NCBI GenBank assembly: GCA_039586365.1
Contig: JBDHKN010000062.1
Span: forward strand, 1 to 29,952
Source of the DNA: Gemmatimonadota bacterium
GTDB lineage: Bacteria > Gemmatimonadota > Gemmatimonadetes > Gemmatimonadales > GWC2-71-9
Direction of reading: 5' to 3'
Length of the DNA: 29,952 nt
The notes beneath the pieces were generated by a model. The model saw only the letters and a program-made list of their open reading frames with translations. It did no database searches and was not told the origin of the DNA. Shown here one piece after another: positions 1-8,066 of the stretch (its first letter is position 1; each line of letters begins with the position of its first letter). The translations under genes and the position numbers were made by a program.

Positions 1-201
1 TGCTGCTTCACGCCTGAATCGAGCTATGCGGATGTCTGACGTAGCGACTTCTGGCGGCAGGATCTTTATGGCGACCTTGGATCCCAGGGAACGCACGCGG
101 GCGGTGTACACGGCTCCCATGCCGCCTTGGGCCAGGAAACCCTCAATCGCGTAGCGGCCGCCGGTCGCGGTCTCAAAGATTTCCCTCGTTGCCTCGTTCA
201 T
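1..201 (-). CDS. Serine/threonine protein kinase (Hanks type), N-terminal part; runs off the window
   Basis: Manual translation from ATG 201: MNEATREIFETATGGRYAIEGFLAQGGMGAVYTARVRSLGSKVAIKILPPEVATSDIRIARFRREAA. Shows the Gly-rich loop GGMGAVY, the VAIK lysine and the RFRREA alphaC helix. Not in the ORF track. Confidence 0.92.
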   Translation of the reverse strand, partial: MNEATREIFETATGGRYAIEGFLAQGGMGAVYTARVRSLGSKVAIKILPPEVATSDIRIARFRREAA

Positions 202-231
202 GCCACGCCGCCCCAGCGGGTGTTGGTCCTA

Positions 232-669
232 CTATATCAATCTACACCCAGGGTGGCCAGTCTCATCCGGTCCGAAGTCAGGCCACTCGTAGCATAGTGA
301 TGGTTTTGCCCGCCACCCGTTGGGGAGAATCCGATCGTGCAAGACGCAGCCGGCACCATCGTCCTCGAGGTACCCGCAGGCTGAGATGACCTCGCACTCC
401 ACCGTATCGTCGTCTTCTCGCTTGACCTTGCAAAGGTATGGCGATTTCCGTGACCTCAATAGGGCTTCCTGGTGCCGGCGGGTCTCGGGGAGAAACAGCT
501 CCAATTGCAGGTCACGACAACAAGCCGCCCCCTGTTTGTTGTCACCGGTCCGGCACGGTGCGCCGTTACACGGATTATCAGCCTGCAACACGGGCAGGGC
601 ATGCCGAGCGCTGCGCTTCAGTCTGAGATCCAGTTGGCGTCGTTTAAGGGTCCCGTGAATCCGTGCGCG
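232..669 (-). CDS. Cys-rich YkgJ/CxxCxxCC-like metal-binding protein, C-terminal half (track ORF 232..591; frame open to 669)
   Basis: NPCNGAPC...AACC, CGYL...GCVLH...KPSLCYEWP resembles the YkgJ-type cysteine cluster pattern. No SD before GTG 591; probably the 3' half of the 618..974 gene. Confidence 0.55.
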   Translation of the reverse strand, partial: RARIHGTLKRRQLDLRLKRSARHALPVLQADNPCNGAPCRTGDNKQGAACCRDLQLELFLPETRRHQEALLRSRKSPYLCKVKREDDDTVECEVISACGYLEDDGAGCVLHDRILPNGWRAKPSLCYEWPDFGPDETGHPGCRLI

Positions 670-974
670 CTACACGTTACCGGGACACGACGTCCGGTGC
701 GGGCAGCGGCTGGCTTACCGTCCGATTGCACCGCCGGTTTGCCATCGGGTGTCTTCAGATACCTACACGGGACGTATATGGTGGCATCGACGCGCAGGTC
801 GGTATCGACGATGTAGGGCTTGCCGAACTTTATCCGCTCGGTGTGTCCTGTAATCCAGGTCATCGACGCGTCCCGCACCGTTGCGCTCTCGGTCGCAACG
901 TCGGATACACGGACCGTAACCGTCAACTCATTGCAGTGTCTTCCAAGTGACTTGCACGGGGGAGGACTGGGCAT
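618..974 (-). CDS. Cys-containing hypothetical protein, N-terminal half of the apparently frameshifted gene
   Basis: ATG 974 (MPSPPPCKSLGRHC...VPCRYL...VTCSAHG); the Cys spacing echoes the downstream half; overlaps its open frame over 618-669. Confidence 0.5.
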   Translation of the reverse strand: MPSPPPCKSLGRHCNELTVTVRVSDVATESATVRDASMTWITGHTERIKFGKPYIVDTDLRVDATIYVPCRYLKTPDGKPAVQSDGKPAAARTGRRVPVTCSAHGFTGPLNDANWISD

Positions 975-1171
975 GTTGTGTGGTGGAGTCTCCGGACTGT
1001 GGTGGGTTCGCTGGAGCACAATGCGGTCGCCGCGCTCTCAAGTTCTCAGATCCGTTCGAAAAAGCAAGGCCGATCCGGGGGCCCTGGTAGGCCAGCGCGA
1101 CGACCGTTATGTTCGCACGCATTGCAGCATCAGTTTGCCTGAGAGCGGCCGACTGCTTCTTTTATACGTCT

Positions 1172-3022
1172 ATGATTGAGATCCAATGTCTTGGTCCAAC
1201 GGTGGTAACGCTCGATGGTGGGCAACCACCACCAGAGTTGTTGTGGCGTAAGCATCTGGCGTTGCTAGTGTATCTTGCCCTCTCACCGAGGGGACGAACG
1301 CGCGACCACCTTGTGGGATTGCTATGGCCTGAGAAGGAGGAGGCGAAAGCGCGGCACTCGCTCAATGAAGCGCTGCGAGTGATCCGGCGGGTGGCAGAAG
1401 ATGGTTTGGTGACGGAAGGTGACCTGGTACGACTGGACCCGTCGGTCGTGAGCTTAGACCTGGATGAGGTCGATGAACTGGGGCGAGCCACAGAGTTCAT
1501 GGAAGGGTTCTCGGTGCCCGACGCTCCGGCGTTCGAGGATTGGATGGGAGTGGAGCGTAACAAACGCCGGGGGCAGTCTCTCGAGAAGCTCGCCACAGCT
1601 GCCGCGGATGCGGTTGCTCGTGGTGACCTGGCTACGGGCCGGGCGGTGGCGCAGCGAGCCATGGATGTCGAGCCCCTACACGAACCTTCCGTCAGGGTCC
1701 TCATGCGTATCCATGCGCTCGAGGGGGCACGGGCCCTTGCACTCCAAGTGTACGATCGGCTTAGCGAACTGCTGAGCCGATCTCTCGGGCTGGAGCCCGA
1801 TCTGGAGACGCTAGAACTCGCCAAACGCATTCGCGATCAGCGGATAGTGCGTGGAGCACCCCCGCCAGACACTGCGGCACATGAGCTGGTGCCGATGGTG
1901 GGCCCCGGTCGGGATTGTCTCAGCAAGTGCGTCTCGGTGTGGCACTCCACGCAGGTAGGTCGTCCCACGGTCATCGTTCTGAGAGGGGATCCCGGAACCG
2001 GGAAGACTCGGGTGGGTGACGAGCTCGCGGCTCGGGCCCGGTTGGAAGGAGCGGTCGTTGCGCAGGCACGTGCCTTCGAGAACGACCGGGTCGATGCCAT
2101 CTGGTACGCCCTATTGAGGGGCGGCCTGGCGGTGCCCGAACTGGGAGGAGCTGCTCCAGAAGTGCTCGCTGCTTTGGGAAATACGGACCCAGATCTTCTG
2201 ACCCGCTTTCCATCGGCTCGCGAAGTCGTCTCTGCGACCGTGCCAGAGCCGTTTGCCCAAGCTGTATTCGCAGTTGCGGAGGTCAGACCGGTACTCCTGG
2301 TATTCGACGATGCGGACCGGGCCGAACAGAGGCTCATTGAATCCATAACTGCTATGGTGCAACGGGCCGGTGCGGCTCGCCTGTGTGTCTTGCTCACTGC
2401 GTCTTCAGGCTCTCTGCAGGTGGGTGTCGACGAATTGAGCCAACGGATCGGTCGTGAAGTGCCCGGTGATGTTGTGAGTACGGACTATTTCACGGCGAAC
2501 GACTTGGACGAGTTGGTCAAGTGGGCCTTCCCTGAGTACGATGCTGAGTCGGCCGAGCGACTGAGGCGGAGAGTGATGGCGGACACGGCCGGCAATCCAT
2601 TTCTTGCCGTTGAGTTCGTCAGAGCCGTGCGAGCTGGCCTCAGTGTGAAGGACCAACGCGACAGCTTGGTGTGGCCTGACAGATCGCGCACACTCGACCA
2701 GACCATTCCGGGCGAGCTGCCAGCGGCTGTGGCCGCGGCTCTCCGCATGCGGTTCAAGGATCTGACACAGGATGGTCAAGCCATGCTCAGGGCAATAGCC
2801 GTCGTGGGGGGAGCGGAGCCCCTCGAGCTCCTGGCGCGAGCGGCCGACCTGCCCGAAAAGCGGGCTGAGGCGGCGGTGGATGAACTAGAGTGGGAGCGGT
2901 GGTTGGCGGGCGACGCACACGGCTACAAATTCGTCACCAGGCTCGCGGAGTTGGTGGTGCTTTCAGACATGGTGACGGCTGGTCAGCGTCACCGGATGCT
3001 GCAACGGGCTGGCAAAGCGTAG
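1172..3022 (+). CDS. SARP/BTAD-domain transcriptional regulator fused to an AAA/STAND ATPase
   Basis: Start moved to ATG 1172 (MIEIQCLG). N-terminal winged helix (LALLVYLAL...RDHLVGLLWPE...ARHSLNEAL), BTAD (FEDW, EPLHE), Walker A GDPGTGKT, Walker B LLVFDD, GNPF motif. Confidence 0.88.
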   Translation: MIEIQCLGPTVVTLDGGQPPPELLWRKHLALLVYLALSPRGRTRDHLVGLLWPEKEEAKARHSLNEALRVIRRVAEDGLVTEGDLVRLDPSVVSLDLDEVDELGRATEFMEGFSVPDAPAFEDWMGVERNKRRGQSLEKLATAAADAVARGDLATGRAVAQRAMDVEPLHEPSVRVLMRIHALEGARALALQVYDRLSELLSRSLGLEPDLETLELAKRIRDQRIVRGAPPPDTAAHELVPMVGPGRDCLSKCVSVWHSTQVGRPTVIVLRGDPGTGKTRVGDELAARARLEGAVVAQARAFENDRVDAIWYALLRGGLAVPELGGAAPEVLAALGNTDPDLLTRFPSAREVVSATVPEPFAQAVFAVAEVRPVLLVFDDADRAEQRLIESITAMVQRAGAARLCVLLTASSGSLQVGVDELSQRIGREVPGDVVSTDYFTANDLDELVKWAFPEYDAESAERLRRRVMADTAGNPFLAVEFVRAVRAGLSVKDQRDSLVWPDRSRTLDQTIPGELPAAVAAALRMRFKDLTQDGQAMLRAIAVVGGAEPLELLARAADLPEKRAEAAVDELEWERWLAGDAHGYKFVTRLAELVVLSDMVTAGQRHRMLQRAGKA

Positions 3023-3088
3023 ATCGCACGGCCCACGGTCAACAATACTGGACTGATAGAGATAGAGAACCTGACGTTCATAGATCGA

Positions 3089-3769
3089 TTGATTAGACGT
3101 CGCTACGGCAATCCCATATGGGATGGCGTGCTGCGTCTCACGGGCGTTGTCGCGCTCGCGGCAATTCCTCTTACGCTGTTGGTACCCAAGGCGGGAGGAA
3201 TGGTCGGGTTTGCGATTGTCACCGTATGGGTGAACGGGCCGATATCTCCGATCCTTCCGTCTACCTACGAACCCATCCTCATGCTCATGGGGCGGCTTTA
3301 CGCTCCGCCTCTGGTCGCGGTAGTCGGCGTTGCAGGTACGATCTACGTGGAGTATCTGAACTATCACCTCTACAAGCGTGTGCTGCAGTTGGATGCACTC
3401 GAGCGGATGCAGACGAGCAAGTTGGTGGAACGCGTGCTGCGTTACTTCTCGAAGGCCCCTTTCCTCACCGTTTGGGTGTGCTCCTGGTCGCCGCTTCCGT
3501 ACTGGACGGTGCGTTTCATCTCGCCAATGGCAGGCTATGAGGTTCACCGCCATCTCTTCGCCACTTTCTGCGGTCGCTTCCCGAGGCTGTGGCTCTTCGC
3601 GGCACTGGGCGTTTGGTGGAATGTGAGTGTGGGTGTTCTGGTTACGATTTCCGTGGGTTCGATTGGGTTGGCCCTGGTCGTGTATCTCTTCAAGCGCCGG
3701 CTACCCTCGAGGGCGCCCGATCCGGTCGTTCTCAACACGCTGCCCCGCACACCGGTCGACGGGCAGTAG
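3089..3769 (+). CDS. DedA/VTT (SNARE-associated) family membrane protein
   Basis: Several hydrophobic helices; PILPSTYEPIL, GTIYVEYLNY, SPLPY and ATFCGRFPR match DedA/YqaA-type motifs. Start uncertain (frame open back to 3023). Confidence 0.7.
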   Translation: MIRRRYGNPIWDGVLRLTGVVALAAIPLTLLVPKAGGMVGFAIVTVWVNGPISPILPSTYEPILMLMGRLYAPPLVAVVGVAGTIYVEYLNYHLYKRVLQLDALERMQTSKLVERVLRYFSKAPFLTVWVCSWSPLPYWTVRFISPMAGYEVHRHLFATFCGRFPRLWLFAALGVWWNVSVGVLVTISVGSIGLALVVYLFKRRLPSRAPDPVVLNTLPRTPVDGQ

Positions 3770-3851
3770 GGATCTCCGAGCGTCGGTCGGCCGAGGTGGA
3801 AAGACGGCTGGACAGGCGACCGCCCGGGTGGTGGTAGAGTTGGGTTCGCCG

Positions 3852-4688
3852 TCAGGTGCTGATCCGCACCCCAATTACGCCGGCAGCAACACCTATCGCT
3901 ATCCCAACAGCGGCGTCGATTCCATAGTGCATCTGACAGTACACTGTCCCGATGACCAACAGGATAGTTGGCAATACGACTGCCAATGCCAGGCCGCGCC
4001 ACACCTGCCACAACGCGGTGGTCGTGGCCACGGTTGCAGCCACGTGTGAAGAGGGAAACGCTGTCCCGAACGCCGATCCATGGGAAAGAAGCCAATACAC
4101 CAGGCGCGCACTCCACACTTCGCGTACGGGACCGGTGGGATGCTCGAACGCGTAGTTGGGGCCGGCAACGGGATACAGGGCAAACACGATGTAGCAGGCA
4201 ATGAACGCGATCATTGTCGCCAACAGCACTTCGCGGCCCTTGTCAGATCTGCCCCGTGCCACCAGCAGCACGGGACCGATGACAATGATGGGGTAGTACA
4301 GCACGTAGGCCAGATGCAGGATGCCCGACCAGAACACCGACGGGAATTGCCTGATCCAGTAGTACGAGATCTGTCCGCCGAATACGGTCGCCTCCCAGCC
4401 CTGCACCGCCGCGTCCCGTTCGAAGGTTGCCTCCATCCCACTCAACAATGACGTCATCCCGAGTTCAGCGTAGAAGGCCGGGAGCAGCAAGAGAGGGTAG
4501 AGGTCATGTATGATTCGGCCTGCCCTGTGTTGCGACTCGAGTTTCGTGAAGGCGAAGAATAGGACTGCAATCAGAGCGTGAGCCACTAGCAGCCACAGTT
4601 GCATCAAGTCCTCGGACACTCCTCGGACCACGATGATGACTGTGAAGAAACCAACGTAGGCTCCAATGAGCTTATCGACCGGTCTCAC
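3852..4688 (-). CDS. Aur1/IPC-synthase-like PAP2-superfamily membrane phosphotransferase
   Basis: About 7-8 hydrophobic segments; YPVAGP, AFPSSH and TVYCQMHYGID (His-His-Asp triad); lacks the KxxxxxxRP phosphatase motif. GTG start overlaps the upstream TGA. Confidence 0.75.
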   Translation of the reverse strand: MRPVDKLIGAYVGFFTVIIVVRGVSEDLMQLWLLVAHALIAVLFFAFTKLESQHRAGRIIHDLYPLLLLPAFYAELGMTSLLSGMEATFERDAAVQGWEATVFGGQISYYWIRQFPSVFWSGILHLAYVLYYPIIVIGPVLLVARGRSDKGREVLLATMIAFIACYIVFALYPVAGPNYAFEHPTGPVREVWSARLVYWLLSHGSAFGTAFPSSHVAATVATTTALWQVWRGLALAVVLPTILLVIGTVYCQMHYGIDAAVGIAIGVAAGVIGVRIST

Positions 4689-5674
4689 AGTAGTCCGTGT
4701 TCCCGGTACCAGGCTGCCGTTTTGCGGGATCCCTCTGTCAGTGCGACCTCAGCCGTCCAACCCGTGTCGCGCTGGACAGCTCCCGGCTCACAGGTCCATG
4801 CTTCGGCCAGCAATTCTCTGGCTTTGTCCGTGGATAGCAGAGTTGTCTTACCGGCGATTCTTGCCGCTGCGCCGGTAAAGCCCAGTGCGAGACGAGCGAC
4901 GCTCTCAGGCAGACACACGACCAACGGATCGCCGTGGCTGCGACCCTTGACCGCCCGGTAGATGCTTCGGGCAACATCGCTCATCGTCAGAATCTCCGGA
5001 TGGCACACGAAGTATGTCTGCTCCCGGGTCGCGGGGGTTGACACAACAGCCACCAGGGCTCGGATGAGGTCATCAATGAACACGAAGGACAGTTCCTTGG
5101 CGGAATCACCAAAGGTCGGTACCACGCCAAGCCGGGCACCCTTGAACACAGTTAGAAAGGCGGTGTCCCTGGGGCCATAAACGCTGGACGGTCGCACAAT
5201 GGTCCACGGCAGCCCGCTGTGGCGTACGCACTCTTCCCCGGCGAGTTTGCTCGCGCCGTAGTCGCTCACTGGGTCGGTTGGGTCGGCCTCGCTCTTGGGA
5301 TGCCCCCGTTGGGACGGCCCAGCCGCGGCCTGGCTGCTCACATATACAAAATGTTGGAGATTGGGAGCCCATTCGGCGGCCACCTCGGTCAGTCGCCGAG
5401 TGGCAGCGGCATTTATCGAGAAGAACTCAGCGCGACTGCGGGCCGCGGTCAGCGCTGCCGAGTGGAAGATGACGTCGACGGACTCACAGCCCTCCCGCAA
5501 GGCTGTGTCGTCATGCAGGGTTCCCTGAACCATCCGGGGTTGCTGGTTGCGAAATAGGCGGGCGAATTTGGCGGGGTCTCGCGCGAGACAAACGACTTCG
5601 TCACCGCGCCCAACTAGCGTCTCCGTCAGGTGCGAGCCAACGAAGCCGGTCGCTCCCGTTACGAAGATCTTCAC
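4685..5674 (-). CDS. cerR: NAD(P)-dependent epimerase/dehydratase (extended SDR); probable ceramide reductase (CerR-like)
   Basis: Start moved to GTG 5674 (KIFVTGATGFVG, GxxGxxG); YVSS and catalytic YGASK. The CerR role is inferred from the operon with spt and the GNAT gene. Confidence 0.7.
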   Translation of the reverse strand: MKIFVTGATGFVGSHLTETLVGRGDEVVCLARDPAKFARLFRNQQPRMVQGTLHDDTALREGCESVDVIFHSAALTAARSRAEFFSINAAATRRLTEVAAEWAPNLQHFVYVSSQAAAGPSQRGHPKSEADPTDPVSDYGASKLAGEECVRHSGLPWTIVRPSSVYGPRDTAFLTVFKGARLGVVPTFGDSAKELSFVFIDDLIRALVAVVSTPATREQTYFVCHPEILTMSDVARSIYRAVKGRSHGDPLVVCLPESVARLALGFTGAAARIAGKTTLLSTDKARELLAEAWTCEPGAVQRDTGWTAEVALTEGSRKTAAWYREHGLL

Positions 5675-6798
5675 AGCTGTAGGTCGTAGAACCGCAGCGT
5701 CTTGTAGGGGTCGAACCCCATGCGGAGGAGTCCGTTCTTCATTGCAGCGTTGTCCTCCAGGATCCACCCTGCCTCGGCCCAGCGATAACCCAGCCGGTAA
5801 CCCTTTTCCCAGATCCAATGATACATCAGAGCATCGGCGCCGGTCTTGCGGTACTCCTCGCGCAAGCCCAGCAGGAGAATGCGGATTCGCTTGATCTTGC
5901 GCGACTTCCAGAGAATCTTGACGATCCCGGGGAAGAACCTACCCGAGGGATTTGATTTCAACGCCACGTTGAAATCCGGCAGCGCCGCCGCAAATCCGAT
6001 TACTTCAGCACCGCGCTCGACGAAAACTACCAGATCGGGGACGACAACGGGCTTGAGAGCTGCAGCCATATGATCGATCTCGTCGTCAGTCATGGGGATG
6101 AAGCCCCAGTTTCTCTCCCACGCTGAGTTGTAGATCTGCTTGATCCTCTCCACCTCGTCAGTGAAGTGCTTCATGTCGATCTTGCGAAGCGACAAACCCT
6201 TCCGCTCCATGATTAGGCGGGCTCCCCTCAACAATCGCTCCGGGATTTGGGGACTGACAGTCTGAAACTGGTGCAGGTCCTTCGACCTCACGAACCCTGC
6301 CCCCTCGACCAGATCAACGTAGTAGCGGGGGTTCTGCGGATTCATAATCGTCGCCGGTGTGTCGAAACCCTCCACCAACAACCCGCATTCATCGTTGGTC
6401 GAGAATGACGCCGGGCCACGCATCACAGTGAGCCCTCGCGCCCGCAGCCAGTCTGCAGCCGCTGCGAACAGTGCGTCGGCCACTGCTTGGTCGTTGGCGC
6501 ATTCGAAGAACCCAAAGAACCCGGTGGCGTTGTCGTGGAACTCGTTGTGGCGACGGTTGTGAATTGCTGCGATTCGCCCTACGATTTCGCCTCCGCCCGC
6601 CCGGCTTTCAGCGAGGAAATACGCTGCTTCCGAGTGTTGGAAGAAGGGATTCTTCTCCCGTGAGAGCAGCTTGCGCACGTCCATACGCAAAGGGGGGACC
6701 CAAAGCGGGTCCCCTCTGTGCAGTCTGTATGGAAAAGCGATAAAGCGTCTCAGGTCGGCGGCCGAAGCGACGGGCCGAACGACCACGTCGGTACTCAA
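5671..6798 (-). CDS. cerS: Tandem GNAT N-acyltransferase; probable bacterial ceramide synthase (bCerS-like)
   Basis: 375 aa with WVPPL, NPFF, VGRIAA, GFFGFFEC, GLLVEGF, NPRYY, AWERNWGFIPMT and WILEDN, the pattern of the bCerS-type GNAT family; directly downstream of spt. Confidence 0.78.
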   Translation of the reverse strand: MSTDVVVRPVASAADLRRFIAFPYRLHRGDPLWVPPLRMDVRKLLSREKNPFFQHSEAAYFLAESRAGGGEIVGRIAAIHNRRHNEFHDNATGFFGFFECANDQAVADALFAAAADWLRARGLTVMRGPASFSTNDECGLLVEGFDTPATIMNPQNPRYYVDLVEGAGFVRSKDLHQFQTVSPQIPERLLRGARLIMERKGLSLRKIDMKHFTDEVERIKQIYNSAWERNWGFIPMTDDEIDHMAAALKPVVVPDLVVFVERGAEVIGFAAALPDFNVALKSNPSGRFFPGIVKILWKSRKIKRIRILLLGLREEYRKTGADALMYHWIWEKGYRLGYRWAEAGWILEDNAAMKNGLLRMGFDPYKTLRFYDLQL

Positions 6799-7997
6799 AT
6801 GACTCCCATTTCCTTCCCCAGCCTACCGAAGGTCTCGAGAACAGATTCGATCTGGTCACTCGTGTGGGTGGCCATCAAGCTCACTCTGAGCCGGCACTCG
6901 TCAGGCGGGACTGCCGGTGGCACGACCGGATTCGTGAACACGCCAGCGTCAAACACCTTGCGCCAGAAAACAAACATGTGTTCCATCTCCCCAATCAGGA
7001 TGGGTATGATTGGAGTCTTGCTTGCCCCGATATTGAAGCCAAGGCTACGGCACCCTTCCTGAAATCGGTGAGTGTTCTCCCACAGCCGGTGGCGCCGCTC
7101 AGGCTCGTCGATCATGACATCGAGGGCCGCCAGCACGCCAGCAGTGTTGGCCGGTGGCAGTGCTGCCGTGAAGATGAGTGGCCTGCTGTGATGTTTGAGA
7201 TAGTGGATCACGTCCTCCTCAGCTGCTACGAAACCACCGATCGAAGCAAGCGATTTCGAGAACGTGCCGACCGTCACGTCAACGTCGTTCACCATGCCAA
7301 AGTGGGCTGCTGTGCCGTCACCCTTCGGCCCCAGGACACCAACCGCGTGTGCGTCGTCTATCGCGAGCGCCGCTCCATACTGTTGGGCCAGTCTGACCAA
7401 ACCAGGAACGTCGGCGATGTCACCCTCCATCGAGTAGACACCGTCTACGATGATCATCACATTGCGGCTCGACTCCTTCTGGAGTTTTCGCTCCAAATGG
7501 TCGAGGTTGCCGTGGTTGAATCTGGTGGTCTCACCATAGGATAGCTTGGCGCCATCCAAGATCGACGCGTGATCCAGCTTGTCGACGATCACGACGTCGC
7601 CACGGCCGATAAGCCCGGAAATCAAACCCAGATTGGCTCCGTAGCCCGTGGAGAACACAAGCGCTGCTTCTTGGCCGAAGAAGGTGGCCAGCCGCGATTC
7701 GAGATCTTCATGAAGAGCAAGAGTACCGTTGAGGAAGCGGCTCCCCGTGCAGCCTGATCCGAACTGCTCCAGCGCTCGCTTCGCTGCTTCCAGCACTCTG
7801 GGGTGGTGAGTCAAACCGAGGTAGTTGTTTGAGCCCATCATAATGCGCTCACGTCCCTCGATCATCACGACGGTGTCTTCCGCCTTCGAGATCGGCTTGA
7901 AGTACGGGTACAGCCCCTGCGCCTGGAAATCCCTGGCCGTCGTGAAGCTACGGCACTTCTCGAATAGACGCACCTGTTGTAGTATCTGCGAATCCAC
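6795..7997 (-). CDS. spt: Serine palmitoyltransferase (PLP-dependent alpha-oxoamine synthase)
   Basis: GSNNYLGL, GSGCTGSRFLNGT, DHASI, DGVYSMEGD, DDAHAVG and the PLP-lysine motif GTFSKSLASIGGF (SPT-type, unlike the TLGKA/TLSKA usual in BioF/Kbl); ceramide-pathway context. Confidence 0.85.
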   Translation of the reverse strand: MDSQILQQVRLFEKCRSFTTARDFQAQGLYPYFKPISKAEDTVVMIEGRERIMMGSNNYLGLTHHPRVLEAAKRALEQFGSGCTGSRFLNGTLALHEDLESRLATFFGQEAALVFSTGYGANLGLISGLIGRGDVVIVDKLDHASILDGAKLSYGETTRFNHGNLDHLERKLQKESSRNVMIIVDGVYSMEGDIADVPGLVRLAQQYGAALAIDDAHAVGVLGPKGDGTAAHFGMVNDVDVTVGTFSKSLASIGGFVAAEEDVIHYLKHHSRPLIFTAALPPANTAGVLAALDVMIDEPERRHRLWENTHRFQEGCRSLGFNIGASKTPIIPILIGEMEHMFVFWRKVFDAGVFTNPVVPPAVPPDECRLRVSLMATHTSDQIESVLETFGRLGKEMGVI

Positions 7998-8066
7998 AGT
8001 TAGCTCAGCGGTAGACGTTAAGCAGTAAAACCCAGCTTTGGAGGCCTTACGATAGTACAGGACGCA

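Noticed and set aside
618..620. TGA as selenocysteine joining the two Cys-rich ORFs
   Set aside because: The downstream Cys-rich ORF is in a different frame, so readthrough would not join them.
3020..3022. TAG as pyrrolysine
   Set aside because: No pyl genes or methylamine methyltransferase context; not at a catalytic position.
5675..5818. Track's N-terminal extension of the SDR (and similar extensions at 1109, 8798, 14536, 16272, 25595, 29636)
   Set aside because: They overlap neighbouring genes or precede better starts supported by SD, signal peptide or domain boundary.
6795..7997. BioF (8-amino-7-oxononanoate synthase) or Kbl as the product
   Set aside because: GTFSKS lysine motif and the coupled GNAT and SDR genes fit Spt; no bio or tdh genes nearby.
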